The translations under genes were made by a program, and so were the position numbers. Under the pieces are notes generated by a model. That model was given only the letters and a program-made list of their open reading frames with translations. It searched no databases and had not been told where the DNA came from. Shown here piece after piece: positions 10,459 through 18,984 of a stretch of DNA of 27,218 nt (its first letter is position 1; each line of letters begins with the position of its first letter). The stretch is from Fibrobacteria bacterium (GTDB lineage Bacteria > Fibrobacterota > Fibrobacteria > UBA11236): positions 1-27,218 of the forward strand of contig JBGTHM010000120.1 in NCBI GenBank assembly GCA_041746255.1. Direction: 5' to 3'.

Positions 10459-11505
10459 TTGAAAAGACAAGCTCCCTTGCGAGGATGGCTATTCATAGTC
10501 GCTTTTACGGCTGCGGTCTATTTTCTGCTCATCAAACCGATGGGAGGCAATAAATCCAATCCTCAACCATCCAATACGGAAGCCGCCGACCGGAATCTGG
10601 ATTTCTCCGTCGATTCCTTGGAAAACCTGGTTCCCGATACCGGATGGAAAGTCATGACCGTCTTCGATTACAATAACGATTCTCATGCGGATTTGGTCTT
10701 GTTGGGTATCGAGGATTTGAGTCTTTGGCAAGGAGACGGCAAAGGAGGATTCACAGACGTAACTGCTACGCTTCCTGCGGAAGCCCAGGGTAGAAGAGGT
10801 TTCCTCAGCTCCTGGGCTGCTGATGTCGATGGGGATGGAAATATCGACTTGCTCCTGACTACCCAATCGCAAGGTCTTCGGCTTTTGCGTAACCTGGGCG
10901 ATGGGCATTTCACCCTGGTTAACTTCCTCCCCGAAGCGCCGGCAGTCTCTCAGTTCGTATTCGCGGATATAGAAGGTGATGGAATTCCTGACGTGGCCTT
11001 ATTGGATAAGCATGGTATTTTACGTGCGTATCAAAACATGGGTTCGGGACGCTTCGAAACCCTGCCCCCGCCCGATACCGTGATCCGGTTCAATTCATTC
11101 GCGGTGGCCGACATTCGCAATCGAGGCCAGTTGGGTTTGGTGGCCATGGAATCCAATGGAACTATCGCCACCTATGAATTCACATCCACGGCAGAAAATT
11201 GGAGAAAAGTTCCGCTTTTCCCCGATACGGCTTCCCAAGCGGTCCTGGCTTTTTTTGATAAACCGACTCGCCTATTGGTCGCGGACATGGATAAAAACGG
11301 TCGGAAGGATTTGGTAATCTCCTCGCCCATGGGCACACTCATATTACTCCAGGAGAAAGACCGCACCTTCCACCCACTGCCATTTTTAAGTGGGTTTCAA
11401 GTCTCGGCTCTAGCGGATTTCAATGAAGACGGTCGCTTGGACATGGCCGCACTTTCGCCTGAGGGACGCGTCTTCAAATTGACCAATCTTAGCTCTCGAA
11501 GATAG
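10459..11505 (+). CDS. FG-GAP/VCBS repeat protein with N-terminal membrane anchor
   Basis: Repeated Ca-binding loops DYNNDSHADL, ADVDGDGNIDLL, ADIEGDGIPDV, ADMDKNGRKDL and ADFNEDGRLDM. TTG start with GAGGAG RBS. Confidence 0.88.
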   Translation: MKRQAPLRGWLFIVAFTAAVYFLLIKPMGGNKSNPQPSNTEAADRNLDFSVDSLENLVPDTGWKVMTVFDYNNDSHADLVLLGIEDLSLWQGDGKGGFTDVTATLPAEAQGRRGFLSSWAADVDGDGNIDLLLTTQSQGLRLLRNLGDGHFTLVNFLPEAPAVSQFVFADIEGDGIPDVALLDKHGILRAYQNMGSGRFETLPPPDTVIRFNSFAVADIRNRGQLGLVAMESNGTIATYEFTSTAENWRKVPLFPDTASQAVLAFFDKPTRLLVADMDKNGRKDLVISSPMGTLILLQEKDRTFHPLPFLSGFQVSALADFNEDGRLDMAALSPEGRVFKLTNLSSRR

Positions 11506-11519
11506 CACGGGAAGGCATT

Positions 11520-11717
11520 TTATTGCACATTGGCATCTTCCACGTCTGGAACAACCTCAAATTCACCGGGTTCCTGAGTCGCTTGGTATTCTAACAGGTT
11601 TAGGCTGTGGATCAAGCTGTGGTTCAGGCTCCAATTCTGAGTCAGCAGGATAATTTCCCCATCCTGAAAAGCCCCCCCCCTTTTGGCGACAAGCACTACA
11701 TTGGAAGGCATATCCAT
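11520..11717 (-). CDS. Possible small hypothetical protein (MDMPSNVVLVAK...)
   Basis: Open frame filling the gap between convergent genes, with a weak RBS and no recognisable motif. Confidence 0.3.
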   Translation of the reverse strand: MDMPSNVVLVAKRGGAFQDGEIILLTQNWSLNHSLIHSLNLLEYQATQEPGEFEVVPDVEDANVQ

Positions 11718-11840
11718 CGAATATCTTTTATCCGAATCCTCGCCGCTCCAATTCAAACCGCCCAATCCCTGCTTACGATTTGGCGGGCCGATCCTGCGAA
11801 GAAGAATGCAGTTAAACCGGATTTCCCGCCAGCGGAACGG

Positions 11841-13235
11841 CTACCGCTGTATTGTGAATACAGGCGACTGCGCCGTGAAAGGCATGGGTATCAGGCGCTT
11901 TCCCGCCACATTGTAATAGGCTTTGCCTTCCTTGTGAATCAGGGTGGAAGCTGGCTGGGAAGGCTTGATGTTTACCGTATTGGGCTGGAGCAGCAAATCC
12001 GGGTGGTCCAGGTAAAAAAATTGCCTTCCACCATATCCCATGGCGAGGATGCGGCCATCGCTGGATTGCGACAAGTGGACGATTGGCGTCGGTGTCGGGT
12101 CGAATTTTTTGATTTCCGCCACTTTGCCCTTTTCATCCAGGGTGGCCGCCAGCAATTGCTTGCCGTTATAATTCGCATAGAAAATCGTCCCGTAGAATTT
12201 GGAGTTGGAATTGCTCCGATAAATCACCGGACCGATGACGCAAGTGTTATTGGTGTTGGATCGGGGATAGGGGTGGGGCAGAATAATGGTGGGAGGCTTA
12301 ATCCCGGTGCGGTCGCAATTCGGAAGCGGCTCCTTGAATATCCCGTATTTGGCAGTGTTGAAACACGTGCTCCCTTCGGTAATGGGCCAGCCGAAATTAT
12401 CGCCTTTTTCGACATGGGAAACATGGTCTTCGTGCCATCCGCCTACATTACCGACCCATAGGTTGCCATTTAGGGGATCCACCGCCAACTTGAAATTATT
12501 CCTCAGGCCGTACGACCAGATTTCCTTGATGACCTTTGGGTCGGGGTCGTTAAAGAAAGGATTATCCTTCGGGATGCCGTAATTTTTTCCGGGATCGGGA
12601 TTGTCCACGTCCATACGCAATATGGTTCCTAAAAGGACTTTTCTCGTTTGCGTTTGGCGGCCATCCGAATTACCGTCGCCGAAAGAAAGGTAAAGCATGC
12701 CGTCGTGGCCGAAAATCGGGTACATGCCATTGTGTCCCGGCCCCTCTTTGCAACAAAACTCGCGGATGATTTTAGGCGGTTTCCCCGAATCCTTTTCGCG
12801 TTTGGCGTCGGCTTGATATTCCGCCAGAATCTGAAGGTACTCGCCCGCAAAACCGTAATTGGTCGGCGGCGCCTTGACATTGCTGGCGGGATTGTAGTAG
12901 ACGAAATACCGGCTGTTATTGATGAAATCAGGATGGAAGGCAACCGCATACAAACCCTCTTCGGCCCGTGTATGCACCGCGATTTGGAGCCATTCCGAGG
13001 CCTTACCGGTTGCAGGTTCGTAATATAGGATTCGACCCGCTTTTTCGACGACTAAAAAGGAACCCGGCTTGCCCGGAATCTCATGGAAGGAAATGGGTTT
13101 TACGAAAGTAACCGACGAGGGCTTCATGTAGTACTTGAGGCTGACTCCGCCCGGAATATCGGCCCAGCAGGGGATGGCTAGAAATGTCCAAAGTGCGATC
13201 ATCCATTTCAATTTCGCAAGTTTGATGAAATTCAT
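11841..13235 (-). CDS. PQQ-dependent glucose/sorbosone dehydrogenase-family (GSDH) beta-propeller, secreted, with a short C-terminal sorting-like tail
   Basis: Signal peptide; EEGLYAVAFHPDF, HNG...FGHDGMLYLSFGDG, LGTILRMDVD, IPKDNPF, EIWSYGLRN and GDNFGWP; tail YYNVAGKRL. Confidence 0.9.
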   Translation of the reverse strand: MNFIKLAKLKWMIALWTFLAIPCWADIPGGVSLKYYMKPSSVTFVKPISFHEIPGKPGSFLVVEKAGRILYYEPATGKASEWLQIAVHTRAEEGLYAVAFHPDFINNSRYFVYYNPASNVKAPPTNYGFAGEYLQILAEYQADAKREKDSGKPPKIIREFCCKEGPGHNGMYPIFGHDGMLYLSFGDGNSDGRQTQTRKVLLGTILRMDVDNPDPGKNYGIPKDNPFFNDPDPKVIKEIWSYGLRNNFKLAVDPLNGNLWVGNVGGWHEDHVSHVEKGDNFGWPITEGSTCFNTAKYGIFKEPLPNCDRTGIKPPTIILPHPYPRSNTNNTCVIGPVIYRSNSNSKFYGTIFYANYNGKQLLAATLDEKGKVAEIKKFDPTPTPIVHLSQSSDGRILAMGYGGRQFFYLDHPDLLLQPNTVNIKPSQPASTLIHKEGKAYYNVAGKRLIPMPFTAQSPVFTIQR

Positions 13236-13337
13236 GCAAAAAGTCCTTTCCCGGATTACTCCTACCGGATTTCACCTAACATAGGCGCTAATTCGACAAG
13301 GCCCACCCCAAAAATATTATTTCCTTCACAGAATATG

Positions 13338-13452
13338 CCGCACTTTCCCATTCCGGTGTTGGAGAGATTGGACGAGCCGGGGAAAAATCGTTTAGCTCAC
13401 AAAACGATTCGACGCGGAGAATGGGGCGTCAGACCCGCTGCAGGGAAGCTGC
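13338..13452. repeat. Conserved non-coding element, copy 1 (putative operator/promoter cassette)
   Basis: Shares CCATTCCGGTG, a 25-bp identical AAATCGTTTAGCTCACAAAACGATT and GGCGTCAGACCCGCTGCAGGGAAGCTGC with 25700-25824. Confidence 0.9.
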
Positions 13453-13458
13453 ATCGAA

Positions 13459-13863
13459 TCATAATGTCTCTTTGTAGCTATCCAACCGCCGAAGGACGGT
13501 ATTGACGAAACGATCCTGCTGTGAATGCAAAGGCCCCCGGCGACGCTCCAGCGGCATCCATTGACCCGGCAGCAATACCAGCCCGTCTCCGATAAGGCGA
13601 TGGCTGAAGTTGATGACTTTTGATCGGGATATCACCTCCGCAAGAACTTCGCGCGGTTGGATCGAGACAGCCGGCAAAAGGCGGATGTACAATTCCTGGA
13701 AACTGCGCAATTGCCTTTTGCGATAGCGGGTAAGGCACAGGTCACCTTCTCCCGCGTAGGATGCCCGCATCATGGCGTCTAAATCCTCCTGAGACAGGCG
13801 CGGAAGTGCCTCCTCCTCCTTCTCTTTCCAGAGGTTCTCGATTCTTCGCGGCAACTCGCGCAA
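13459..13863 (-). CDS. Hypothetical protein or 5'-truncated gene fragment
   Basis: 134-codon ORF with protein-like composition but a TTG start without an obvious RBS and in-frame stops just upstream. Confidence 0.4.
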   Translation of the reverse strand: MRELPRRIENLWKEKEEEALPRLSQEDLDAMMRASYAGEGDLCLTRYRKRQLRSFQELYIRLLPAVSIQPREVLAEVISRSKVINFSHRLIGDGLVLLPGQWMPLERRRGPLHSQQDRFVNTVLRRLDSYKETL

Positions 13864-13949
13864 CAGATTGCGGATGATTTAGGCAGGATAAAGCGTCACG
13901 CCATCGGTCGCGGATTATGAGGACTCTAGCGCTTGCCATGCCCAGAAAG

Positions 13950-14300
13950 CTTCCGGGCATTTATGCTTCCCTTATCAACGGCAACAGGGTCTATGGGACG
14001 GGCTGGATGGCAGGTTGTACGTACATGAAGTTTCCAATCCCGCCGACGTGCGCTTATCCTGGTCCATCGACACGCTTTCCCCCGCCCATAGGGAATTATG
14101 TGGTGGCGGGCGACGATCATGCGGTGGGATCCGGGGTGATTATTCACCAGCAATCCGGATGATCGCCACGGCAAAACCGCCAATCTCACCCTGGATGAAA
14201 AGGAAAAACTGGTGGCCTACCTGAATCAGCTCGATGAAACGGATAAGCAGGGGGTATTGACGGTAAGGGGTATTTCCCGAACGCCGGAAGAAAATTTCCG
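13950..14300 (+). pseudogene. Collapsed remnant of a large LVIVD-repeat / cytochrome-c-peroxidase-like multidomain gene
   Basis: Frame-shifted pieces: IYASLINGNRVYGTG / LDGRLYVHEVSNPADVRL (LVIVD-like), PIGNYVVAGDDHAVGSGVIIHQ, and NPDDRHGKTANLTLDEKEKLVAYLNQLDE (resembles the end of di-heme CCP-like domains). Confidence 0.6.
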
Positions 14301-14533
14301 GAGCCTGGAAGGGAGCGTGACTCCGGTGCACATGGACCTGGATTCCTGGTGGGAAGAGGAGCGTGATGGGGTTATCGGGAGTTTACCGCCTGAACCCTGC
14401 CTTGCAACGCGGGCTGTACATTTTCAAGGCAGGGAGCTTGAGCTTTACGCATTACCTGTTTTAATCGGAGCGTAATGCAGGGCAAGGCAAGGCAGGGCAT
14501 ACGTTTGCCTTTTGAGGAGGCCGGCCCCAGGCT

Positions 14534-16360
14534 TTACTTGACGGGTAACCAAGCGTCGACGCGGGCTTTGAGTTGGGAAACCTGCGCGGCATTCTGCCCC
14601 GCCAGATTTTTCTTTTCATATGGGTCCGCCAGGATATCGAACAGCTCGACATTATTCGATACAACCCCCGCGTGATCCGGCGCCGCCGGCCCGGTCAGGA
14701 TGAGCTTCCAGCGGCCTTCGATCACCCAACGATGTACCAGTGTCTTGATGGGATCGTTGATATCCGCCGCGTCATGCTTATATATGTCGCCGAAGATCCT
14801 CTCTCTCTTGCCTGCCGGCTGGGCGGGGTCCAACAAGTCAACACCCGGTAACCCGGCCGGTGCGCTTATACCTGCGGCCGCCAAAACGGTGGGCATGAAA
14901 TCGATATTGCTCACCAAGGTACTGTCGTCGCGGAGCGGCTTCACCTTGCCGGGCCAATTGACAATGAAAGGCGTGCGGGTTCCCAAGTCGTAGGGAGCTC
15001 TTTTGCTTACCGGATCGTATTGCGTGCCATTGGCTTCTTGCACCCAGCCGTTATCGGTGGTGTAAATGACCAGGGTATTCTCCCTCACGCCCTTGTCGTC
15101 CAGAATCTTCAGGAGCTCTCCGCAGGTTTCGTCGAACCATTCCACCATGGCCCAGTATTTGGCGACATTCAGGGAGGGGGTGAGGGGCGTATACTTGTTC
15201 AGAAGCCGCTGGGGAGGATTATGAGGTGTGTGTGGCAAAAAAGGCGCATACCAGACATAGAAAGGGCGCTCGCCAGTGGTATCGATAAAGGTCTTAATGG
15301 GAGCCATGCCCTCCCTGCCAATCTTCAGGCCATCATCACCGTGGCGGGAGCCTTTGGTCATTCCGCTCGTGAATTTGCCTCGCTGCCAGCTGCCTTCCCA
15401 CCATTTACCGGTTTGCAAAGTGGTGTAACCTTTCTGTTTGTGCAAGATTTCCTGCAAAGTGGTGGCCTTGTCGATGTACTTCAGCATCAAATCCCGGTTG
15501 GTGCCTGGGGCCGGATCATTTCCGGTGATACCGTGCTGAAAAGCATAGAGCCCCGTTGCCAGGGTCATCAATGCAGGACGACAAAGAGAAGTAGGGGAAT
15601 ACCCGCGGGAGAACGTCATGCTTTCGCTGGCCAGCTTGTCCAGTTTGGGTGTTTTGATATGAGGATGGCCCATGAACCCATAATCGGTCCAACTTTGGTC
15701 GTCCGACAGGAGGAGTACGACATTGGGAAGCTTTTCCAGAGTGATGACAATATCGGTAGTTCCGTCCGTCGCGGCTTTGGTACCCGAGTGGTAATATTTC
15801 CGCGCCGCCACCAAGGTGGCCGAAGCGGACCGCTTTGCGAGGGCGGATTGGGGTGAATCCGAAAAGGAGGGCTTGCCCATGGCCTTGATATTGCGGCCAT
15901 CGAATTCCACGCGGGTGCGGAAATGAAGGCCTTCACCGGATAATTGCAAAGTATAAGAGCCGGAGGGCAGGGCAGCACCCAGATCCAGCAGGTTTTCCCC
16001 CGGATGCAGGAGCCGGGAAAGAGAATGCACCGGGCGGCCTTTCAAATCGAAAAATGAAATCATCGCTTGGATGGGCGCCTTGCCCGGCAGCATAAATCGA
16101 TTATTCGCCAATCCCGGCAACCGCTGGTTGGAGCCTGACAGGTGAATAGGCAGGGTAATCCCTTCCAGTTTGAAGCGGCCGAGATTGTCGGTGACATCGA
16201 ATTGGCTGGAGTCGGGATTGGCATACACCTTGACGCCGGAAAGCGGTTTGTTTTGGGTAGTGACTACCGTGCCGGAAACCGTGAATGCCGAAGCGGTGGC
16301 AACCGATATCAACAATACGAAAATCGCATTCATTCCGGAAATTCGAGACTTGAGACTCAT
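14534..16360 (-). CDS. S1 (formylglycine-dependent) sulfatase, exported, with an N-terminal carboxypeptidase-regulatory-like module containing a T9SS-CTD-like insert
   Basis: PNVVLLLSDDQ, IKTPKLDKLA, SLCRPALMTLATG, TGKWW, PHTPH, YTTDNG and ELFDILADPYEKKNLA; signal peptide ...ATASA|F. Confidence 0.93.
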   Translation of the reverse strand: MSLKSRISGMNAIFVLLISVATASAFTVSGTVVTTQNKPLSGVKVYANPDSSQFDVTDNLGRFKLEGITLPIHLSGSNQRLPGLANNRFMLPGKAPIQAMISFFDLKGRPVHSLSRLLHPGENLLDLGAALPSGSYTLQLSGEGLHFRTRVEFDGRNIKAMGKPSFSDSPQSALAKRSASATLVAARKYYHSGTKAATDGTTDIVITLEKLPNVVLLLSDDQSWTDYGFMGHPHIKTPKLDKLASESMTFSRGYSPTSLCRPALMTLATGLYAFQHGITGNDPAPGTNRDLMLKYIDKATTLQEILHKQKGYTTLQTGKWWEGSWQRGKFTSGMTKGSRHGDDGLKIGREGMAPIKTFIDTTGERPFYVWYAPFLPHTPHNPPQRLLNKYTPLTPSLNVAKYWAMVEWFDETCGELLKILDDKGVRENTLVIYTTDNGWVQEANGTQYDPVSKRAPYDLGTRTPFIVNWPGKVKPLRDDSTLVSNIDFMPTVLAAAGISAPAGLPGVDLLDPAQPAGKRERIFGDIYKHDAADINDPIKTLVHRWVIEGRWKLILTGPAAPDHAGVVSNNVELFDILADPYEKKNLAGQNAAQVSQLKARVDAWLPVK

Positions 16361-16746
16361 AGTCGCTCCATTTTTGCTTGGTTCCCGGCATGTCCGGGCT
16401 CAATGTTCAGGGGAGGACCGAGGGAAACCCGGCGCCTGGATGATACCCAATGCTAGAATCTAATTCTTTGCCCTCTACATTGCCGATTGAATCGCAAACT
16501 ACCCCCCAAAAAACCACTTCCAGGGATTTCCAATGGGCAATTTCTGTTTTGTGCAAAAAGCGAATGGCGGATTGCAATCATTGTCTTGGCGGCAGAGGCG
16601 CAATCCCTGAAGTATCCCGGATGTCCGGATAAATTGTGAATTTTGACTTTTAATTACGCATTACACGGAAATGAGCCGAAATGGGTAGAAGCGGCGGGGG
16701 TTAACTCCGCTGGTACCATCCGCAATGCAGGGAAATTCTCTTCCCC

Positions 16747-18855
16747 TTAAAATTTGACATACCCCGGCAAGGGTCCCGCATTCGAAGATTTTACCTTTCT
16801 TTCGCTGGCAAAGGCGTTCCATTTCCTGGTTAATGCCTCGGCTTTAGCCGGTTCTGTTTTTATGAGATTTCGCGTTTCCGCCAGATCAGTCTCCAGATGA
16901 TAAAGTTCAAAGGGTTGCCCGTAGGCGCGTACCAATTTCCATCCATCCGATATTACCGCCATATGATCGGCAAAGTGAAAGTAAAGTCCGTCAGGCCGGG
17001 GCAGAGGCTTGCCTTCGAATAAGGGGACCAGGGACATGCCATCCAATTTCGGCAGTGATTTGCCGTTAAAAGAATCGGGGTATTTCCAGTTTGCGAGTTC
17101 AATTAAACTGGGCATGACATCGTTGACATGACCCGGGTGATCGACGATTTCGCCTTTGCGGTGTATGACCCTTGGCCACCAGGCAATAAAAGGAGTGGAG
17201 ATACCTCCCTGATGTACATTCCGTTTATAGAGGCGGAAGGGTGAATTACTCGCGTTCGCCATAGCCGCCCCTCGCTGCCAGTTTGAATTTGCGGTATTCA
17301 ATTGCCCGCCCCGTGCCGAAAATGGGTCCGCTCCATTGTCGCTCAAAAATAATATCAGGGTATTATCCAGCATTTTCAGTTCTTCTAGCTTAGCCTTCAA
17401 GCGCCCAATGTTTTGATCGACCCTATCCACCATTCCGGCATAGACCGCCATTACATGGTCTTCATTGTCTTGCTGTGAAGGGGAAAGAGTATTCCACGCG
17501 GGAATGTTACCGGTTCGAGGAGACAAGGTAACTTGGGAACGGGTAAACAAGCCGAGGTCCAGTTGACGTTGAAAGCGCTCTTCCCGCAAGACATCCCAGC
17601 CCTTTTTCAGGTATTTACCCCGGTATTTGGCCACATCCTCGGGCAGAGCGACTAGCGGGTTGTGGGGGGCATTAAAGGCCAAATAGAGAAACATGGGCTT
17701 GTGGGGCGCCTTGGCTTTTTCCTCCTGCATGAATTTCACGGCAAAATCAGTATGTACATCGGTGAGATACCAATCGCCATTGGGTTGAGTGTAGGGCTTG
17801 CCATCGACGTGAAAGCCGTCTTCACTGCGAACCCTTAAGGAGTTCGGCGCCCCTGTCTTGTAACTGAAGACGCGGTCAAACCCCCTTGCTTGAGGCGTGC
17901 CGTCCACATGCCATTTGCCCACCATTAAAGTGGAATAGCCGGCCGCTTTCATGGCTTGGCCAAAGGTGATGCCCCTATCTATTCCCATACCTGCGGTATG
18001 CCAATCCACACCTGAAAGCAAGTTGGTCCGGGTGGTAAAACAAATACCCATGTTATAGAATTGCCGGAACCGAATTCCTTCTGAAGCCAGCTTGTCAAGC
18101 TGAGGCGTCTCTATTTCACCCCCGTAACTACCGATATCCGAATAGCCCAGATCGTCCGTCAGAATCAATACAATATTCGGCCTGGCGATGGTTATATCCC
18201 CCATGTTTGCCGATTGAATGGGGATCCTTCTCACGGGATGGGTACCACAAGCTACCTGCAGGTAATCAGCCTGGGGCTTGGCCCCGCTTTTTTTCAAGGC
18301 GCTGATGTCCGCTGCGTCGGATAATTTTGCCGGGATCACCCTCTGCTCATGGACAAACAATTTGTAAGTAAAATTTTCGCCGCCCCGATTTATATTCAGT
18401 AGATTCAGAGCGGGTGCGGTTTGATTTTTAAAAAGGGGCTCAAGGTTTATTTGGGTTACCCCTTGAGGATAGGCTTTTTTAGGGAACGAATGGATGAGCA
18501 CGCCCTTGACATCATATACATCGATACCGAGGACAACATCCGGAGAATGCAGGGTAAAAGAGAAACGTCCCTTCGAAAAAGTCGGATTGAAATCCTTGTT
18601 TAAGCCGGATTTGGATAGGGAGGTTACTCCTTTAAAGTTAAAGGCGCCGTTTTCGGCGGTATTCATGGTCATTGAGGAAGGGGGCAAAGAAACGGTACAG
18701 TTGGCCAAAGGCAACCCCATTTCCCCCACTAAACGGCCGGTGATATCAATAACTTCTTGAGAATACAGAGTTGATGATAAGCAAAATACCAGAAAACCAC
18801 GGAATAGCCCCCTGGACGCAGAGCAAATTTGTGTGGCCACAGAATCCTTGTTCAA
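16747..18855 (-). CDS. S1 arylsulfatase-like enzyme, exported, with the same N-terminal module
   Basis: RPNIVLILTDDLGYSDIG.YGGEIETP.LD.LA, ICFTTRTNLLSG, GKWH, FNAPHNPL, FLSDNG and ELYHLETDLAE..NL. Probable TTG start at 18855 (GGGAGG RBS); the track starts it at 18975. Confidence 0.92.
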   Translation of the reverse strand: MNKDSVATQICSASRGLFRGFLVFCLSSTLYSQEVIDITGRLVGEMGLPLANCTVSLPPSSMTMNTAENGAFNFKGVTSLSKSGLNKDFNPTFSKGRFSFTLHSPDVVLGIDVYDVKGVLIHSFPKKAYPQGVTQINLEPLFKNQTAPALNLLNINRGGENFTYKLFVHEQRVIPAKLSDAADISALKKSGAKPQADYLQVACGTHPVRRIPIQSANMGDITIARPNIVLILTDDLGYSDIGSYGGEIETPQLDKLASEGIRFRQFYNMGICFTTRTNLLSGVDWHTAGMGIDRGITFGQAMKAAGYSTLMVGKWHVDGTPQARGFDRVFSYKTGAPNSLRVRSEDGFHVDGKPYTQPNGDWYLTDVHTDFAVKFMQEEKAKAPHKPMFLYLAFNAPHNPLVALPEDVAKYRGKYLKKGWDVLREERFQRQLDLGLFTRSQVTLSPRTGNIPAWNTLSPSQQDNEDHVMAVYAGMVDRVDQNIGRLKAKLEELKMLDNTLILFLSDNGADPFSARGGQLNTANSNWQRGAAMANASNSPFRLYKRNVHQGGISTPFIAWWPRVIHRKGEIVDHPGHVNDVMPSLIELANWKYPDSFNGKSLPKLDGMSLVPLFEGKPLPRPDGLYFHFADHMAVISDGWKLVRAYGQPFELYHLETDLAETRNLIKTEPAKAEALTRKWNAFASERKVKSSNAGPLPGYVKF

Positions 18856-18912
18856 ATTGGCCCTCCCAGTGGACAACGGCATCACTTGGTCAGGCCGGTT
18901 GTCATCGAGCAG

Positions 18913-18946
18913 TCCACCCTCCGCAGTCCGCCCGGCGGAAGGTGGA
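18913..18946 (-). other. 12-bp GC-rich intergenic RNA hairpin
   Basis: Minus strand UCCACCUUCCGC...GCGGAGGGUGGA pairs fully with one G-U wobble. There is no U-tract, so it is not a classic intrinsic terminator. Confidence 0.55.
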
Positions 18947-18984
18947 TGGAAGTAGAAGCAGAGACGGCATGACATTAGAGGCCT

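Noticed and set aside
11603..11630. Imperfect 12-bp tandem repeat (GCTGTGGATCAA/GCTGTGGTTCAG)
   Set aside because: Only about two copies, compatible with chance or local slippage.
11520..11843. Stop-codon readthrough of the GSDH TAG, since the same frame stays open for ~106 more codons
   Set aside because: GSDH already ends in a natural-looking sorting tail, a small hairpin overlaps the stop, the extension has no recognisable domain, and other genes here use TAG as a normal stop.
13385..13409. CRP/FNR site or a known riboswitch (c-di-GMP etc.) in the duplicated element
   Set aside because: Only one TGTGA half-site is present, and I could not match any riboswitch consensus by eye.
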